DNA of 64,000 nt from Dehalococcoidia bacterium (GTDB lineage Bacteria > Chloroflexota > Dehalococcoidia > Lucifugimonadales > QGNO01): positions 532,695 to 596,694 of the forward strand of contig OZ253484.1 of the NCBI GenBank assembly GCA_965261825.1, given 5' to 3'. The number at the start of each line of letters is the position of its first letter. Positions within the stretch are counted from its first letter, which is position 1. The notes under the pieces are model-generated. The model searched no databases. It saw only the letters and a list, made by a program, of their open reading frames with translations, and was not told the origin of the DNA. Of this stretch, positions 30,116 to 41,172 are shown piece by piece. A program made the translations under genes and the position numbers.

Positions 30116-30832
30116 ATGAGATCAGGGTTAATCGGTGGGCCGGATGGAGGATTCGCCGTAAGGACGGCGCTGCTTCTTGCTGCGGCGTCGACCATGATCC
30201 TCAACCTTGCGCTGATCTACTTCTGGGTCCCTACGGAGCAGGTCATGGGAGTGGTGCAAAGGGGGATGTACTTCCACGTCCCGCTGGCCTGGGTGGCGTT
30301 TCTTGCCTTTTTCATTGTTCTGGCTGGCAGCGTCATGTATCTGTGGAAGGGCTCTGAGAAGTGGGACGCCCTAGCGCACTCTTCCGCTGAAGTAGGCGTG
30401 CTGTTCACAACGCTGGTGCTGGTCACGGGCGCCATTTGGGCTAAACCGGTCTGGGGCGTCTGGTGGACGTGGGACTCGCGCTTGACGACATCCACTATTC
30501 TCTGGCTCATGTACATAGCTTACCTGATGCTGCGGGCTTACGCTCCTTCGCCTCAGCAGGGCGCGCGTTACGCGGCGGTTATGGGCATTGTGGCCTTTGT
30601 CAACGTACCCATTGTCTATTACGCCACCATCCTCTGGCGTACCGTGCATCCGGGGATGGTGGTGGGCCCCGCCGCCGAATCAGGCAGCCTTGATCCTACT
30701 ATGCGTTCCGCTCTGCTATTTTCCACCCTGACGTTTACCCTGTTGTTCGCTTACCTGGTGTCCGAGCGGCTGGCCATTCGCAGGGCATTCGATAGTCTCG
30801 TCTCGGTGCGCTACCAGGAAAGGACTGCTTGA
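30116..30832 (+). CDS. ccmC: Heme exporter/cytochrome c assembly protein CcmC
   Basis: YFHVPLAW, WAKPVWGVWWTWDSRLT (WWD), WRTVHP. Confidence 0.93.
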   Translation: MRSGLIGGPDGGFAVRTALLLAAASTMILNLALIYFWVPTEQVMGVVQRGMYFHVPLAWVAFLAFFIVLAGSVMYLWKGSEKWDALAHSSAEVGVLFTTLVLVTGAIWAKPVWGVWWTWDSRLTTSTILWLMYIAYLMLRAYAPSPQQGARYAAVMGIVAFVNVPIVYYATILWRTVHPGMVVGPAAESGSLDPTMRSALLFSTLTFTLLFAYLVSERLAIRRAFDSLVSVRYQERTA

Positions 30833-30833
30833 C

Positions 30834-31112
30834 ATGAAGATACACCGGCTCACTGGCAAAGCTAGGCTCTTGGCCGCTTTTCTTGCAATGCTGCTCTGGC
30901 TGGTGTTCGTCGGCATTGCCAGCGCCGCCGGCAACGCTCAGAATGCTTCAGACCCGGAGTCCAACCTTCCCTTTCTATTTGCCATCTATACAATCACCTG
31001 GCTGGCGTTCTTTGCTTACGCATTCTACATGACCAGGCGACAGAGCGAACTCAACCGCGAGATTCAGGAGCTGCGCCGTATACTGGAGCAGCGCGAACAG
31101 CGCGACGCTTAG
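30834..31112 (+). CDS. CcmD-like protein with N-terminal signal-peptide-like extension
   Basis: FLFAIYTITWLAFFAY..YM.RRQ.EL.REI pattern directly after ccmC. Confidence 0.75.
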   Translation: MKIHRLTGKARLLAAFLAMLLWLVFVGIASAAGNAQNASDPESNLPFLFAIYTITWLAFFAYAFYMTRRQSELNREIQELRRILEQREQRDA

Positions 31113-31128
31113 CTGCTCTTGGAGGCGG

Positions 31129-32430
31129 ATGGTTCTTCTACTGGCACTGCTTCTTTTGGTGACCGTAGCGTGCTCCCAGCCTGCAGCGCCGCCCACGCCC
31201 ACCGCGCCCACCGCGGCTCGCAGTCCCATGGCGCTCACTTCCACGACCCAAGCACCCGCCTCCACGCCAACATTGGGGTCGCCCGTCATTACGGATACGC
31301 CCGCGCCGCCAACACCTACCTCTGCCAGCACGGCGGCATCGGCTCCGTTGCTTCAAAGCATTGATGTCGAAGTCGCTTTTCCCAACCTCAGCTTCGAGCG
31401 CATGGTGTTCCTCACTCACGCCGGAGACGGTACGAACAGGCTGTTCCTGGTGCTTCAGCCGGGGCGGGTCATGGTCTTCCCGAATCAAAGCGATGTTTCA
31501 CGCGCCGAGGTATTCCTAGATATACGGGACAGGGTCAACGATAGGGGCAACGAGGAAGGCCTGCTAGGCTTGGCGTTTGATCCAGGATTTGCCAAAAACG
31601 GTTACTTCTACGTCTACTACTCCGCATCCAACCCCCGTCGCTCCGTACTGTCTCGCTTCTCCGCTAGTGAGGAGCACGCCAACCTAGATAGCGAACGGGT
31701 AGTTCTGGAAGTCCCGCAGCCGTATTCAAACCACAACGGCGGCGCCATCCACTTTGGAGCGGACGGCTATCTCTACGTAGCCTTGGGAGACGGCGGCTCA
31801 GCCGGCGACCCTCAAGGAAACGGGCAAGAACCGGGTACCCTCTTGGGATCGATTCTGCGAATAGACCCCGCCGCTGCCAGCAGCTACGGCAACTACTCCG
31901 TACCGGGGGACAACCCGTTCCTGGGCGTATCAGGGTTCCGCGACGAGATTTGGGCCTTCGGGTTTCGCAATCCCTGGCGCTTTTCCTTTGACCGTGAGAC
32001 GGGCGACCTGTGGGCGGGCGACGTAGGACAAAGGGGCTATGAAGAGATTGACCTGGTGAAACGCGGCCTCAACTACGGATGGAACGTCATGGAGGGGTTC
32101 CACTGCTACCCGCCATCCGTTTCTTCCTGCCGGCAGGACGGTTTGGAGCCTCCCCTGGTGGAGTACCCCCTCACTTCAGGAAACTGCGCCGTCACGGGTG
32201 GGTACGTTTACCGTGGCAGCCGCGTTCCTCTGCTCCAGAGCTCCTACTTGTATGGCGACTTCTGTAGCGGCAGGATATGGGGACTCATCTACGATGGGCA
32301 AGAGGTGTCCGATACACAACTGTTGCTCGATTCCTCCCTGGAGATATCCTCCTTTGGCGAGGATGAAGCGGGAGAGCTGTATATCCTGTCGTTTGACCGG
32401 AAGATATACGGATTGAGGCAACAGGGGTAA
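31129..32430 (+). CDS. PQQ-dependent sugar dehydrogenase (glucose/sorbosone family) lipoprotein
   Basis: Lipobox TVAC, Pro/Thr linker, EEGLLGLAF, NHNGG, LGDGGS, GFRNPWR. Confidence 0.9.
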   Translation: MVLLLALLLLVTVACSQPAAPPTPTAPTAARSPMALTSTTQAPASTPTLGSPVITDTPAPPTPTSASTAASAPLLQSIDVEVAFPNLSFERMVFLTHAGDGTNRLFLVLQPGRVMVFPNQSDVSRAEVFLDIRDRVNDRGNEEGLLGLAFDPGFAKNGYFYVYYSASNPRRSVLSRFSASEEHANLDSERVVLEVPQPYSNHNGGAIHFGADGYLYVALGDGGSAGDPQGNGQEPGTLLGSILRIDPAAASSYGNYSVPGDNPFLGVSGFRDEIWAFGFRNPWRFSFDRETGDLWAGDVGQRGYEEIDLVKRGLNYGWNVMEGFHCYPPSVSSCRQDGLEPPLVEYPLTSGNCAVTGGYVYRGSRVPLLQSSYLYGDFCSGRIWGLIYDGQEVSDTQLLLDSSLEISSFGEDEAGELYILSFDRKIYGLRQQG

Positions 32431-32497
32431 ACGGCACCTCTTGCCGCACGTGTGCGCCACAGCTATGATGCGGGGCGAAAGTGGAGGAGGTATTGCT

Positions 32498-34078
32498 ATG
32501 GTTGATCTGCTAATCAAGAATGGCCTGATCATAGACGGCACGGGGAATCCCGGTTTCTACGGCACGCTGGCGGTGGAAGGGGATACTCTGCGCATTCTCA
32601 GAGGCGACGTAAGCAGCATAGAGGCCGGCCGGGTTATCGACGCCGCGGACCACGTGGTCTGCCCCGGATTCATAGACCTGCACTCGCACGCCGGTTTGAC
32701 CATGCTGCGAGAGCCTGAGAACGAGCCCAAGCTCCGGCAAGGCGTGACCACGGAGCTCATCGGAATCGACGGAAACTCGGCTGCGCCGTTCAAGACTCGC
32801 GAGGACCTGGAGGCGTTCGTCGAGATGGACTCAGGACTGAACGATGTGATGCCGGCTGGCCGCGACTGGCGCAGCGTCGATGATTTTCTCTCCCTGTACC
32901 AGAAAACCGTGTCGCCCAACATAGCATTCATCGTTGGCAACTCGCCGGTACGGATATGGTCCATGGGCTGGAACGACCGTCCCGCCAGCGGCGAGGACAT
33001 GGAGGACATGAAGGCGGTGCTGCGAGAGACCATGGAAGAAGGGTCGTTCGGGCTGTCTACGGGCCTGGACTATCCGCCTGGTGCATACGCGGACACCAAT
33101 GAGCTGATTGAGTTGAGCAAGGTAGTGGCGGAAAAGGGCGGTTTCTACCATACGCACACCAGGGCTCAGCTGAGGAGAGTGTCACACCTGGCGCCGTTTG
33201 AGGAGGCGGTGGAAATCGGTCGGGGCAGTGGCGTCCCGGTGCATCTCACGCACTACCGGCAGCCGGCGCAGGGCACGGGGACCCACTTCGATTACTTGGG
33301 GCTGGTGGAGCAGTCGCGCGATGAAGGAATAGACGTCACCTTCGATTGCTACACCTACGTTTACTCAGGGACGAAGCTACTGATCGAGGTGCCTAACTGG
33401 GCCAAGGACGGAGGCCCGGAGCCGCTCAAGGAGAACCTGAGGTCGGGAGAGCAGAGGAAGCGCATGAAGGAGGACATGCTCTCCGGGCCAAGGGCCATGA
33501 ACATGGAAGAGATGTGGCTCACCGCGTTCCGAAAGGCGGACAACGCCAAGTACGACGGCCACTCGCTGGCGGAAATAGGCAGAATGAGGGCGCAGGACCC
33601 GCTGGACGCACTATTCGATCTGCTGCTAGCAGAGGACCTGGGCATATCGTTCGTGGCGGTGGGGACCAACCCGCAAACGCTTCCCGACTTTGTGGCGCAC
33701 CCCCATGGTATGGTGGCCAGCGACGCTATTCTGTTTGGCGAGTGGCCCAGCCCGCGCACCTACGGGTGCTTCCCCGTTGTACTGGCTGAGTTTGTAAGAG
33801 CTGAAAAGCAGCTCAGACTCCCCGAGGCTATCCGCAAGATGACCTCCTTTCCCGCACAGAGGCTGGGACTGAGCGAGCGAGGCATATTGAGGGACGGCGC
33901 AAAGGCCGACGTGGTGATATTCAATCCCAAGACGGTGAAAGCGCCGGCAACCCGTGCCAATCCCAAGCAGTACCCCTTGGGCATTCCCTACGTGATTGTC
34001 AACGGCCAGGTGGTGGTGGACGAAGGCCAGCACACCGGAGCAACGCCGGGCACCGTGCTGAGACACGGTAGGTCCTGA
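32498..34078 (+). CDS. N-acyl-D-amino-acid deacylase family amidohydrolase
   Basis: PGFIDLHSH, GLSTGLDYPPG, PRTYGCFP, AIRKMTSFPA, ADVVIF. Confidence 0.9.
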   Translation: MVDLLIKNGLIIDGTGNPGFYGTLAVEGDTLRILRGDVSSIEAGRVIDAADHVVCPGFIDLHSHAGLTMLREPENEPKLRQGVTTELIGIDGNSAAPFKTREDLEAFVEMDSGLNDVMPAGRDWRSVDDFLSLYQKTVSPNIAFIVGNSPVRIWSMGWNDRPASGEDMEDMKAVLRETMEEGSFGLSTGLDYPPGAYADTNELIELSKVVAEKGGFYHTHTRAQLRRVSHLAPFEEAVEIGRGSGVPVHLTHYRQPAQGTGTHFDYLGLVEQSRDEGIDVTFDCYTYVYSGTKLLIEVPNWAKDGGPEPLKENLRSGEQRKRMKEDMLSGPRAMNMEEMWLTAFRKADNAKYDGHSLAEIGRMRAQDPLDALFDLLLAEDLGISFVAVGTNPQTLPDFVAHPHGMVASDAILFGEWPSPRTYGCFPVVLAEFVRAEKQLRLPEAIRKMTSFPAQRLGLSERGILRDGAKADVVIFNPKTVKAPATRANPKQYPLGIPYVIVNGQVVVDEGQHTGATPGTVLRHGRS

Positions 34079-34107
34079 GCCGGCTGCCGAGATAGATTTA
34101 AAGAAAT

Positions 34108-35121
34108 ATGGGGCTCTGGAAGAAATGGTGGGTGCGACAGGGAAGCATTCTCCTTGTAGGCGTTGCTTTCAGCGTTGTGCTCGGCTGGTTGACGATCCAA
34201 GGAATAGAGTGGGGCAGGGTTAGAGAGCGGGTCGTAGAATTCCCGTTGCCGTTGCTTGTGCTGGCCCTGGTTTTGCTGGCCGTCTCCGGCTACTTGCGAG
34301 CGGTGCGCTGGCGCGTCCTATGGTCCAAGGAGCGGGTATCTGCACTGCGCTTGTTCTGGGTAGAGAACGCCGCTATTGGACTCAATAATCTATCGCCGGT
34401 GCGCGCCCTGGACGAACCGTTGATCCTGGGGATTCTGGCGCTCCGAGACAGATTGCCCGGGGGCACCATCGTCGCTACCATGGTGATGACCCGGGTTCTG
34501 GACCTGGCTTTCTCGCTGGTGGTGATAGGTATAGCCGTAGCAACGCTGCCCGTGTTGCTGCGCTATACGCCGATCATAGTAGGCACGAGCCTCTATTTCG
34601 TCATACTGATAGTAGTCCTTCTCAACCTGCGGCGGATTATCAAACGCTTTCCATCGCTCAATCAGTTGCCCGGCATATCCGGCTTTCTGGATGCCATACA
34701 CGCCCTGAAGCTGGATTGGAGAAGAACGGGGGTTGCTCTGGGCTTCACCGTTGTCTACTGGCTTATCCTTGGGCCCATAGCCTGGGCTATTGCCGGGGGC
34801 GTAGGCCTGGATATCGACCCGTACAGGCTGATTGTTACCGCGCTTGGCGCCATCTTCTTCTCGACGGCACTGCCGGGACTACCCGGAGCCCTGGGAACCT
34901 TCGAGTTTGCCGCGGTAACGCTGTTGGAGTTCTGGGGAGCGCCCAAAGAGGAGGCGCTGACCTTTGCCATCATCCTACATTCGATTCTGTTTGTACCGCC
35001 CTCCCTTGTTGCAGTGGTGATACTGCCGCGCGAGGGCATAGGCTCAATCGCGGCTCTACGGAGGTTGCTCAACGAGAGGAGACTCCGCCCCGAAAAAGCG
35101 ATGCCGGCAAACGAGGATTGA
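34108..35121 (+). CDS. Lysylphosphatidylglycerol synthase TM / flippase-like membrane protein
   Basis: LRAVRW, NNLSPVR, RVLDL, PGALGTFE. Confidence 0.85.
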   Translation: MGLWKKWWVRQGSILLVGVAFSVVLGWLTIQGIEWGRVRERVVEFPLPLLVLALVLLAVSGYLRAVRWRVLWSKERVSALRLFWVENAAIGLNNLSPVRALDEPLILGILALRDRLPGGTIVATMVMTRVLDLAFSLVVIGIAVATLPVLLRYTPIIVGTSLYFVILIVVLLNLRRIIKRFPSLNQLPGISGFLDAIHALKLDWRRTGVALGFTVVYWLILGPIAWAIAGGVGLDIDPYRLIVTALGAIFFSTALPGLPGALGTFEFAAVTLLEFWGAPKEEALTFAIILHSILFVPPSLVAVVILPREGIGSIAALRRLLNERRLRPEKAMPANED

Positions 35122-35181
35122 GTTTGGTGCAGCCTGACTGTAAAAACCGGAAGCGGGGCGGAATGTGCGCTACGAGTTTGC

Positions 35182-35907
35182 TCAGGCTTCCGTCTTCTGA
35201 AGCACGAAATCTATTTCCAGGCGGATGTTGTTCTCCACGCTGAGCACTACGGCAACGCTGGGAACCGCCAGATTGAACTCGTCGAAGGTGAAGTTCGTGG
35301 TCGCCGTCCCCGTGATACGGTCATCGCTGAACTGAGCGCTGGTCTCCCAGGTCACCTCCTTGGTGACATCTCTAATGGTCAGATCACCGGTAATGGAGAA
35401 AGAGGCTTCGCCAGTTGAAGGAAGAGGCCATTCCAAGCCGCTGATTGCGTTGGGCACAAAGTCCGTATAGGGGTACTGGCCGGTGCCAAGCGTGCGGCTG
35501 CGAACGTAGTTGTCACGCCGGTCTTCGTCACTTTGCAATGTGCTCAGATCAACCCTGATCAGGGAGCTTTTGGCACGTACGGTACCATCCGGCCCAAGAA
35601 CAAGCTTGCCTTCCACTTCTTGGGTAACGCCCACGGCGTCGTTGGGTAAGCTCAATCTGGCTAGCTGCTCCTTGACCAAGTAGCGTGCTTCCGAGCTGGA
35701 GGAGATCTCCAAAATGACCTCGTCCTGGCCGGCGTCGGACTGAGATGGAGTGACGACCGTTTCGGGCGTTTGTTGGGGTGAACTATCGGGAGTAGGAGTA
35801 GGAGTAGAAGTAGAAGTGGGAGTGGGGGTGGGAGTTTCGCCGCCGGAGCAGGCAACGACGCTCACCATGAGTAGTGATGCGATAGCAAGGGGAAAGCCAG
35901 TTTTCAT
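35182..35907 (-). CDS. YceI-family lipoprotein
   Basis: Lipobox VVAC, Thr/Pro linker, SEARYLVKE, LQSDEDRRDNYVR, GDLTIRDVTKEV. Confidence 0.9.
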   Translation of the reverse strand: MKTGFPLAIASLLMVSVVACSGGETPTPTPTSTSTPTPTPDSSPQQTPETVVTPSQSDAGQDEVILEISSSSEARYLVKEQLARLSLPNDAVGVTQEVEGKLVLGPDGTVRAKSSLIRVDLSTLQSDEDRRDNYVRSRTLGTGQYPYTDFVPNAISGLEWPLPSTGEASFSITGDLTIRDVTKEVTWETSAQFSDDRITGTATTNFTFDEFNLAVPSVAVVLSVENNIRLEIDFVLQKTEA

Positions 35908-36006
35908 GGAGCACCTACAGTATTTGATTAGCACCTGCCAAAGCACGCCCGTGAGGTTTAACAACTGGGGCGGCTATACTGTCAGGCGTCATTGCTAGAA
36001 TGGGTT

Positions 36007-36582
36007 ATGATTGATAGGACATCAATGTCGCAACCATATTGGGCGAAACGCATCAACGTAGTGGGAACCACCGGCGCTGGCAAGACCACGGTGGCCCGCC
36101 GGTTGTCCGAGGTCTTATGCATCTCCCACGTAGAGATAGATTCGCTGTTCTGGGAGCCCAACTGGACGCGCGCGCCTGTGGGTATTCTAGCACAGCGCGT
36201 GGCTGAGGCGGCCAGTCCGGGCAGATGGATCTTGGACGGAAACTACAGTGTGGTGCGTGACTTGATATGGCCAAAGGCCACTGGTATTGTTTGGCTGGAC
36301 TATCCGTTTCCGGTCATCTTCCTGCGGTTGTTCTCACGCACGGTTAGACGGGCGTTCTTCAAAGAGGAACTATGGAATGGGAACAGAAAGCGCTTCCTCA
36401 CCCAGTTCATGAGCCGTGATTCTCTCTTCCTCTGGGCTCTGAGGTCCCACCGTAGACGGAGAAAAGAGATCGAAGCGCTTTTGCAACAGCCGGAGTATGC
36501 TCACCTGGAAGTGTTCCACCTCCGTTCCTCGAAACAGACTAACCGGTGGCTGCAGGATTTCGAAGGGCTTACGGCTCAGTGA
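36007..36582 (+). CDS. Adenylate kinase-like P-loop protein (FlaR/topology modulation family)
   Basis: VGTTGAGKTT, IDSLFWEPNW, WILDGNY, WLDYP. Confidence 0.85.
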   Translation: MIDRTSMSQPYWAKRINVVGTTGAGKTTVARRLSEVLCISHVEIDSLFWEPNWTRAPVGILAQRVAEAASPGRWILDGNYSVVRDLIWPKATGIVWLDYPFPVIFLRLFSRTVRRAFFKEELWNGNRKRFLTQFMSRDSLFLWALRSHRRRRKEIEALLQQPEYAHLEVFHLRSSKQTNRWLQDFEGLTAQ

Positions 36583-36585
36583 GCA

Positions 36586-37617
36586 ATGCCTAGCTGGAAC
36601 TTATACGGACAAGACCATCTGTTGAGCGCCCTGGAACGTGGCCTCAGCCAGGGGCTGCTTTCTCATGCCTATCTGCTGGTGGGGCCGTCTCAAGTGGGCA
36701 AGGGCGCCTTGGCAATGAAGATTGCCCAGGCGGTGAACTGCCTGCAAGACTCCCCTCCTTGTGGAGAGTGCGCGTCGTGCAGCCGCATACAGCGCGGCAT
36801 ACATGCCGACGTGCAGGTCATAGCGCCGGCGGCGGACGAGCGCACGGGAAGAATGCGGTCAGAGATAGGAATAGACCAGGTACGTGCTATGGAGCATACG
36901 GCCGTTCTGGGAGCGTACGAAGGAAAGTACCGCGTATTCATAATCGACGGTGTGGAGAAGATGAGCCTGGAAGCGTCCAACGCATTGTTGAAGACGCTGG
37001 AAGAGCCTCCGTCCGGGGTCATCTTCCTGCTCCTTTCTTCACAGGAAGACGAGCTGCTATCAACCATCCGTTCGCGGTGTCAAAGACTGGAGGTCAAGCC
37101 GGTGCCTGAGAGGGAGATGGTGGAACTGCTAGTCAATGGGCACGGCCTGGGGACTGAAGACGCCGAGCTACTGGCCAGGCTTTCCGCGGGCCGGCTGGGC
37201 TGGGCGCTGACGGCGGCAAGGGAACCTAGAATACTGGGCGAGCGGCAGCAAAAGCTGGACGATTTGATGGATGCCCTGGAGGGCGGAGCGGAACGCCGCT
37301 TCCGGATCTCGCAGGAACTCGCTTCCCTGCAATCGCGTGACCGCCGGGCAGTACAGGAAACGCTGGCGCTCTGGTTGTCCTGGTGGCGCGACCTCCTCAT
37401 GCTCAAAGAAGGCAAGCCGGAGTTGGTGGCAAACCGGGACTGTATGAAAGCGTTGGAAGAGAAGCAAACGGAGTTCAGCACAGAGCAGATAGTGGCGATT
37501 ATAAGGGAAACCCTTGCTACCCAGGAGCGGTTGACGCAAAACGCCAGCCCCCGGCTTGCGCTGGACGTGCTAATGCTGCTGCTGCCTGAGGGTGATAAGG
37601 TCCGCTCTAGCTCTTAG
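36586..37617 (+). CDS. holB: DNA polymerase III subunit delta'
   Basis: HAYLLVGP, PCGECASC, ASNALLKTLEEPP, TIRSRCQ. Confidence 0.93.
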   Translation: MPSWNLYGQDHLLSALERGLSQGLLSHAYLLVGPSQVGKGALAMKIAQAVNCLQDSPPCGECASCSRIQRGIHADVQVIAPAADERTGRMRSEIGIDQVRAMEHTAVLGAYEGKYRVFIIDGVEKMSLEASNALLKTLEEPPSGVIFLLLSSQEDELLSTIRSRCQRLEVKPVPEREMVELLVNGHGLGTEDAELLARLSAGRLGWALTAAREPRILGERQQKLDDLMDALEGGAERRFRISQELASLQSRDRRAVQETLALWLSWWRDLLMLKEGKPELVANRDCMKALEEKQTEFSTEQIVAIIRETLATQERLTQNASPRLALDVLMLLLPEGDKVRSSS

Positions 37618-38131
37618 CCCAGGGAATGAATGGCAGCCACTCTTCTTGGAGAGAGCGGTGATAGAACATGGAGTAGGGGTTTGGCCTGGGCGTCCTTGGA
37701 ACGTTGAGAAGCTTCATGCTTGCTTCCTTGGGTGTGCGTCCCGCCTTGCGGTGATTGCAGGGGATGCAAGCGGCCACCACGTTTTCCCAGGAGTGGGCGC
37801 CTCCCCTATAGCGGGGCAATACGTGGTCCAGCGTGAGGTTCTTGCTCTGTTTGCCGCAATACTGGCAGGCAAAGCTATCACGAAAGAAGACCTCTTTTCT
37901 TGATAGTCTGCGCCGAGCCAGGGGGCGCTTCACAAGGTTTATCAGCCTTATTACGGACGGCGCGGGGAAAGCCGTTGTGGTGGTGCGCAACTCACCTCTA
38001 CCATTGATGAGAAGCTCCGCTCTGCCTCGGGTGAGGAGGACTACCGCCCGCCTCACGTTGCACACGTTGAGGGGCTGGTAGTTCTGGTTGAGAACCAGAA
38101 CGGGAAGCCGGATTATGCCTTGCATCACCAT
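37607..38131 (-). CDS. Stand-alone HNH endonuclease
   Basis: VLVLNQNYQPL, RDSFACQYCG, LTLDHVLPRYRGG, WENVVAACIPCNHRK. Confidence 0.92.
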   Translation of the reverse strand: MVMQGIIRLPVLVLNQNYQPLNVCNVRRAVVLLTRGRAELLINGRGELRTTTTAFPAPSVIRLINLVKRPLARRRLSRKEVFFRDSFACQYCGKQSKNLTLDHVLPRYRGGAHSWENVVAACIPCNHRKAGRTPKEASMKLLNVPRTPRPNPYSMFYHRSLQEEWLPFIPWAKS

Positions 38132-38144
38132 CTGTATCCCTTAG

Positions 38145-38732
38145 TCAGGCAGCCTCTTGCTCAGCCAACTTATCAATCTGCTCTAAGGCTATCTTATAAT
38201 CACCGGGTACAAAACCCAAGGCACTGCCGGGCAACCAGTCGGTTACGTTTATGAACACGGCAGTAAATTTGGAGAAGACGAGTGCCTTTTGCAAGCTGCC
38301 CCTGAATTCCTTCGTCTCGATGACAGTGCCGATGGTGCCCTCTGTGGGAAGGTCGCTGGAAAGGCGCACTGCTCCCAAAATGAGAACGCTTGTGAGTCCA
38401 ATGCCGAACAGCAGCCCTGCGACTATGGCCCCCAGCGATCCTACCCATCCCAAGAGTGGCAGCTTTATTGCCTCCTTGGCAAAGCGCTGGGCAGCTAGGG
38501 CGCAAATAAACACACCGGTGAAAATAACCGCGTAGGCAAGGACGGTAGCGATGGCATCTGCAGCGCCTTGGTCGGTAAACCAGCCGGCAATATCGTCACT
38601 GAGATTGGCAGCGAGCAACGACGCTACAAGGACACCTGCGGCGTAGAAAACTGCGCCTATCAGACCTACACGAAACCCAGCAAAAAGTCCCGCCAAGGCC
38701 ACGACAACGATGACAAGGTCAAACCAGTTCAT
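38145..38732 (-). CDS. CvpA (colicin V production) family membrane protein
   Basis: MNWFDLVIVVV...GFRVGL; several TM segments. Confidence 0.8.
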   Translation of the reverse strand: MNWFDLVIVVVALAGLFAGFRVGLIGAVFYAAGVLVASLLAANLSDDIAGWFTDQGAADAIATVLAYAVIFTGVFICALAAQRFAKEAIKLPLLGWVGSLGAIVAGLLFGIGLTSVLILGAVRLSSDLPTEGTIGTVIETKEFRGSLQKALVFSKFTAVFINVTDWLPGSALGFVPGDYKIALEQIDKLAEQEAA

Positions 38733-38811
38733 AGCATTCTTCTTGCCTTGCAAGACAATCCAATTCACCGGTCACTGGCTGGCGGACCCCGCTTGACGTC
38801 CTTTGCTGGGA

Positions 38812-41172
38812 TCAGGATGTTCGCAGAGCAGCTTCCAGCACCTCTGCCATCCCTTTCACAAAAACAAAATTGATATCCTTGCGTACGTTCTTTGGTATAT
38901 CGTTGATATCCCCGCGATTCTCCGCGGGGAGGATGAAAGAAGGAATGCCAGCTCTGTGAGCCGCCAGGACTTTCTCCTTGATGCCGCCAACGGGCAGGAC
39001 CTTGCCTCTGAGCGTTATTTCCCCGGTCATTGCCACGTCCTTGCGCACAGGCTTGCGGGTCAGCGCAGAGACGAGCGCCGTGGTCAAGGCGGCGCCGGCG
39101 GACGGTCCCTCCTTGGGCATAGCGCCAGCCGGTATGTGGATGTGAATATCCTTTGTAGAGAAGTATCCTTCCTTCAGATGCCACTCCTCAGACCTGGCGC
39201 GGGAATAGCTCAGCGCAGCCTGTGCCGACTCCTTCATCACTTCGCCAAGCTGTCCGGTAAGCATCAGGTTGCCCTTACCCCTCATCAGGGCTACTTCTAT
39301 GGAGAGTATGTCGCCGCCGGAGGGCGTGTATGCCACGCCCGTGGCCACGCCAATTTCGTCCTGCTCCTCGGCCATGCCCCAAGTGAACCGGGGATGACCA
39401 AGGTACTTGGCTATGGACTGAGGCACTATAAGAGCGCCCCCTTCGCGCCCTTCCGCGACGCGTTTGGCTACCTTCCGGCAGATGGCGCCAATCTCTCTCT
39501 CCAAGTTGCGAACGCCGGCTTCCCTGGTGTACTCACGGATGATGCGCCGTATGCCGTTATCGGAGAATCTCAGGTGTTCCTGGGAGAGACCGTGCTCTTT
39601 GAGCTGGCGGGGAAAGAGGAACCGTCTTGCAATCTGCAGCTTCTCCTCTTCCGTATATCCGGGAAGCTCTATGATCTCCATACGGTCTCGCAGGGCGGGA
39701 AGAATCGGGTCCAGAACGTTCCCCGTACAGATGAACATCACGCTGGATAGGTCGTAGGGGATTTCCAGGTAGTGATCACTGAAGGAATGGTTCTGCTCCA
39801 GGTCCAGCACCTCCAACAAGGCGGAAGAGGGATCGCCGCGGAAATCTGCGCCGACTTTGTCTATTTCGTCCAGCATGAATAGGGGGTTGACCGTGCCGGC
39901 CTGTTTCATGGTCTGGAGGATGCGTCCGGGAAGAGCGCCTATGTAAGTCCGGCGGTGACCGCGTACCTCGGCTTCGTCTCGGATACCGCCCAAGCTGACA
40001 CGGACGAATTTCCTCCCCATGGCTTCGGCGATGGACCGGCCCAAGCTGGTCTTGCCGACGCCGGGAGCGCCGACAAAGCAGAGGACGGGGCTTCTCAGCT
40101 TACCTTCTGAGAGTTTGCGTACCGCCAGGTACTCTAGTATGCGCTCTTTCACCTTGGGCAGCCCGTAATGGTTGGCCTCCAACACCTTGGAGGCCTCCTT
40201 GATGTCCAGATTGTCTTCGGTCTTAGTCTGCCAGGGAAGCTCTACCAGCCAGTCCAGGTAACCCCGCACCACGGAGTGCTCCGGCGATGCGGGAGGTATC
40301 TGGGTCAGCCTTTCCAACTCTTCATTGGCTTTCTTGGCCGCGGCTTCAGTCAAGCCGGATTCCTGGATCCTTTGACGTATGCGTTCGATCTCTTGCTGCT
40401 GAGGGTCGGTGCCGGTAAGCTCCCGTTGGATGGCCTGCATCTGCTCGCGGAGGAAGTACTCCCGGTGTGATTTGTCCAGCGACTCCCTGACCTCGTCATC
40501 AATGCGACCCTGTATCTCCAGCACTTCAACTTCGTGGGCAAGGAGGAGATTGACAGAGCTGAGCCGCTTAGCGGGGTCCAGAGTCTCCATCATCTCCTGC
40601 CGCTGCTCCATCTCCAGATTGAGGGACGAAGCAATGAGATCGGCGAGCCAGCCCGGTTTGTCGGCATTCAGTGCGGCAACGTAAGCGTCCCAGGAAAGGA
40701 CTGGCGACAGTTGTACGCACTTTTCAAACAGAGCAAGCACCGACCGCATGGAAGCCTGCTGCTCTACGGAATACTCTTCAGGCTCTGTCAATACCTGCAC
40801 CTTGGCCTTGTAGAAAGGCTCGGTCTGCGTCACCTCCAGGATGCGGACTCTCTCCTCACCCTGCAGCCACACTGTGGATGCGCCCTCCGGCAGTTTCATC
40901 ATACGGCCCACCATGGAGACAGTGCCCACGCCGTACAAGTCGTTCACGTCGAACTCCGAACTTTGGACGTTGCGGCGACCGACAATCACGATGCGCCTAT
41001 CCCCGGCAACAGCCTCCTGTAGAGAACGCTGAAACGTGGGACGGAATACCGCCAATTGGGCAACCAGCTTGGGGAAGACGAGCGCTTCACGCCGGGGAAG
41101 AAGGGGCAACTCTTCTATCTGGGCTTCCGGCTCTGGAGGTGGAACCGAGCGGGCTTTGCGTTTGTTTGCCAA
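38812..41172 (-). CDS. lon: ATP-dependent protease La
   Basis: [41 protein letters not shown]. Confidence 0.97.
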   Translation of the reverse strand: MANKRKARSVPPPEPEAQIEELPLLPRREALVFPKLVAQLAVFRPTFQRSLQEAVAGDRRIVIVGRRNVQSSEFDVNDLYGVGTVSMVGRMMKLPEGASTVWLQGEERVRILEVTQTEPFYKAKVQVLTEPEEYSVEQQASMRSVLALFEKCVQLSPVLSWDAYVAALNADKPGWLADLIASSLNLEMEQRQEMMETLDPAKRLSSVNLLLAHEVEVLEIQGRIDDEVRESLDKSHREYFLREQMQAIQRELTGTDPQQQEIERIRQRIQESGLTEAAAKKANEELERLTQIPPASPEHSVVRGYLDWLVELPWQTKTEDNLDIKEASKVLEANHYGLPKVKERILEYLAVRKLSEGKLRSPVLCFVGAPGVGKTSLGRSIAEAMGRKFVRVSLGGIRDEAEVRGHRRTYIGALPGRILQTMKQAGTVNPLFMLDEIDKVGADFRGDPSSALLEVLDLEQNHSFSDHYLEIPYDLSSVMFICTGNVLDPILPALRDRMEIIELPGYTEEEKLQIARRFLFPRQLKEHGLSQEHLRFSDNGIRRIIREYTREAGVRNLEREIGAICRKVAKRVAEGREGGALIVPQSIAKYLGHPRFTWGMAEEQDEIGVATGVAYTPSGGDILSIEVALMRGKGNLMLTGQLGEVMKESAQAALSYSRARSEEWHLKEGYFSTKDIHIHIPAGAMPKEGPSAGAALTTALVSALTRKPVRKDVAMTGEITLRGKVLPVGGIKEKVLAAHRAGIPSFILPAENRGDINDIPKNVRKDINFVFVKGMAEVLEAALRTS

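Noticed and set aside
35788-35835. GGAGTA-type hexamer repeats (similar tracts near 31190-31330 and 41390-41440)
   Set aside because: Encode Pro/Thr linkers of lipoproteins; not a CRISPR array or contingency locus
37607-38131. Stand-alone HNH gene as mobile or defence element
   Set aside because: Widespread housekeeping-context HNH family, host-like composition, in the lon-cvpA gene run with no mobility features
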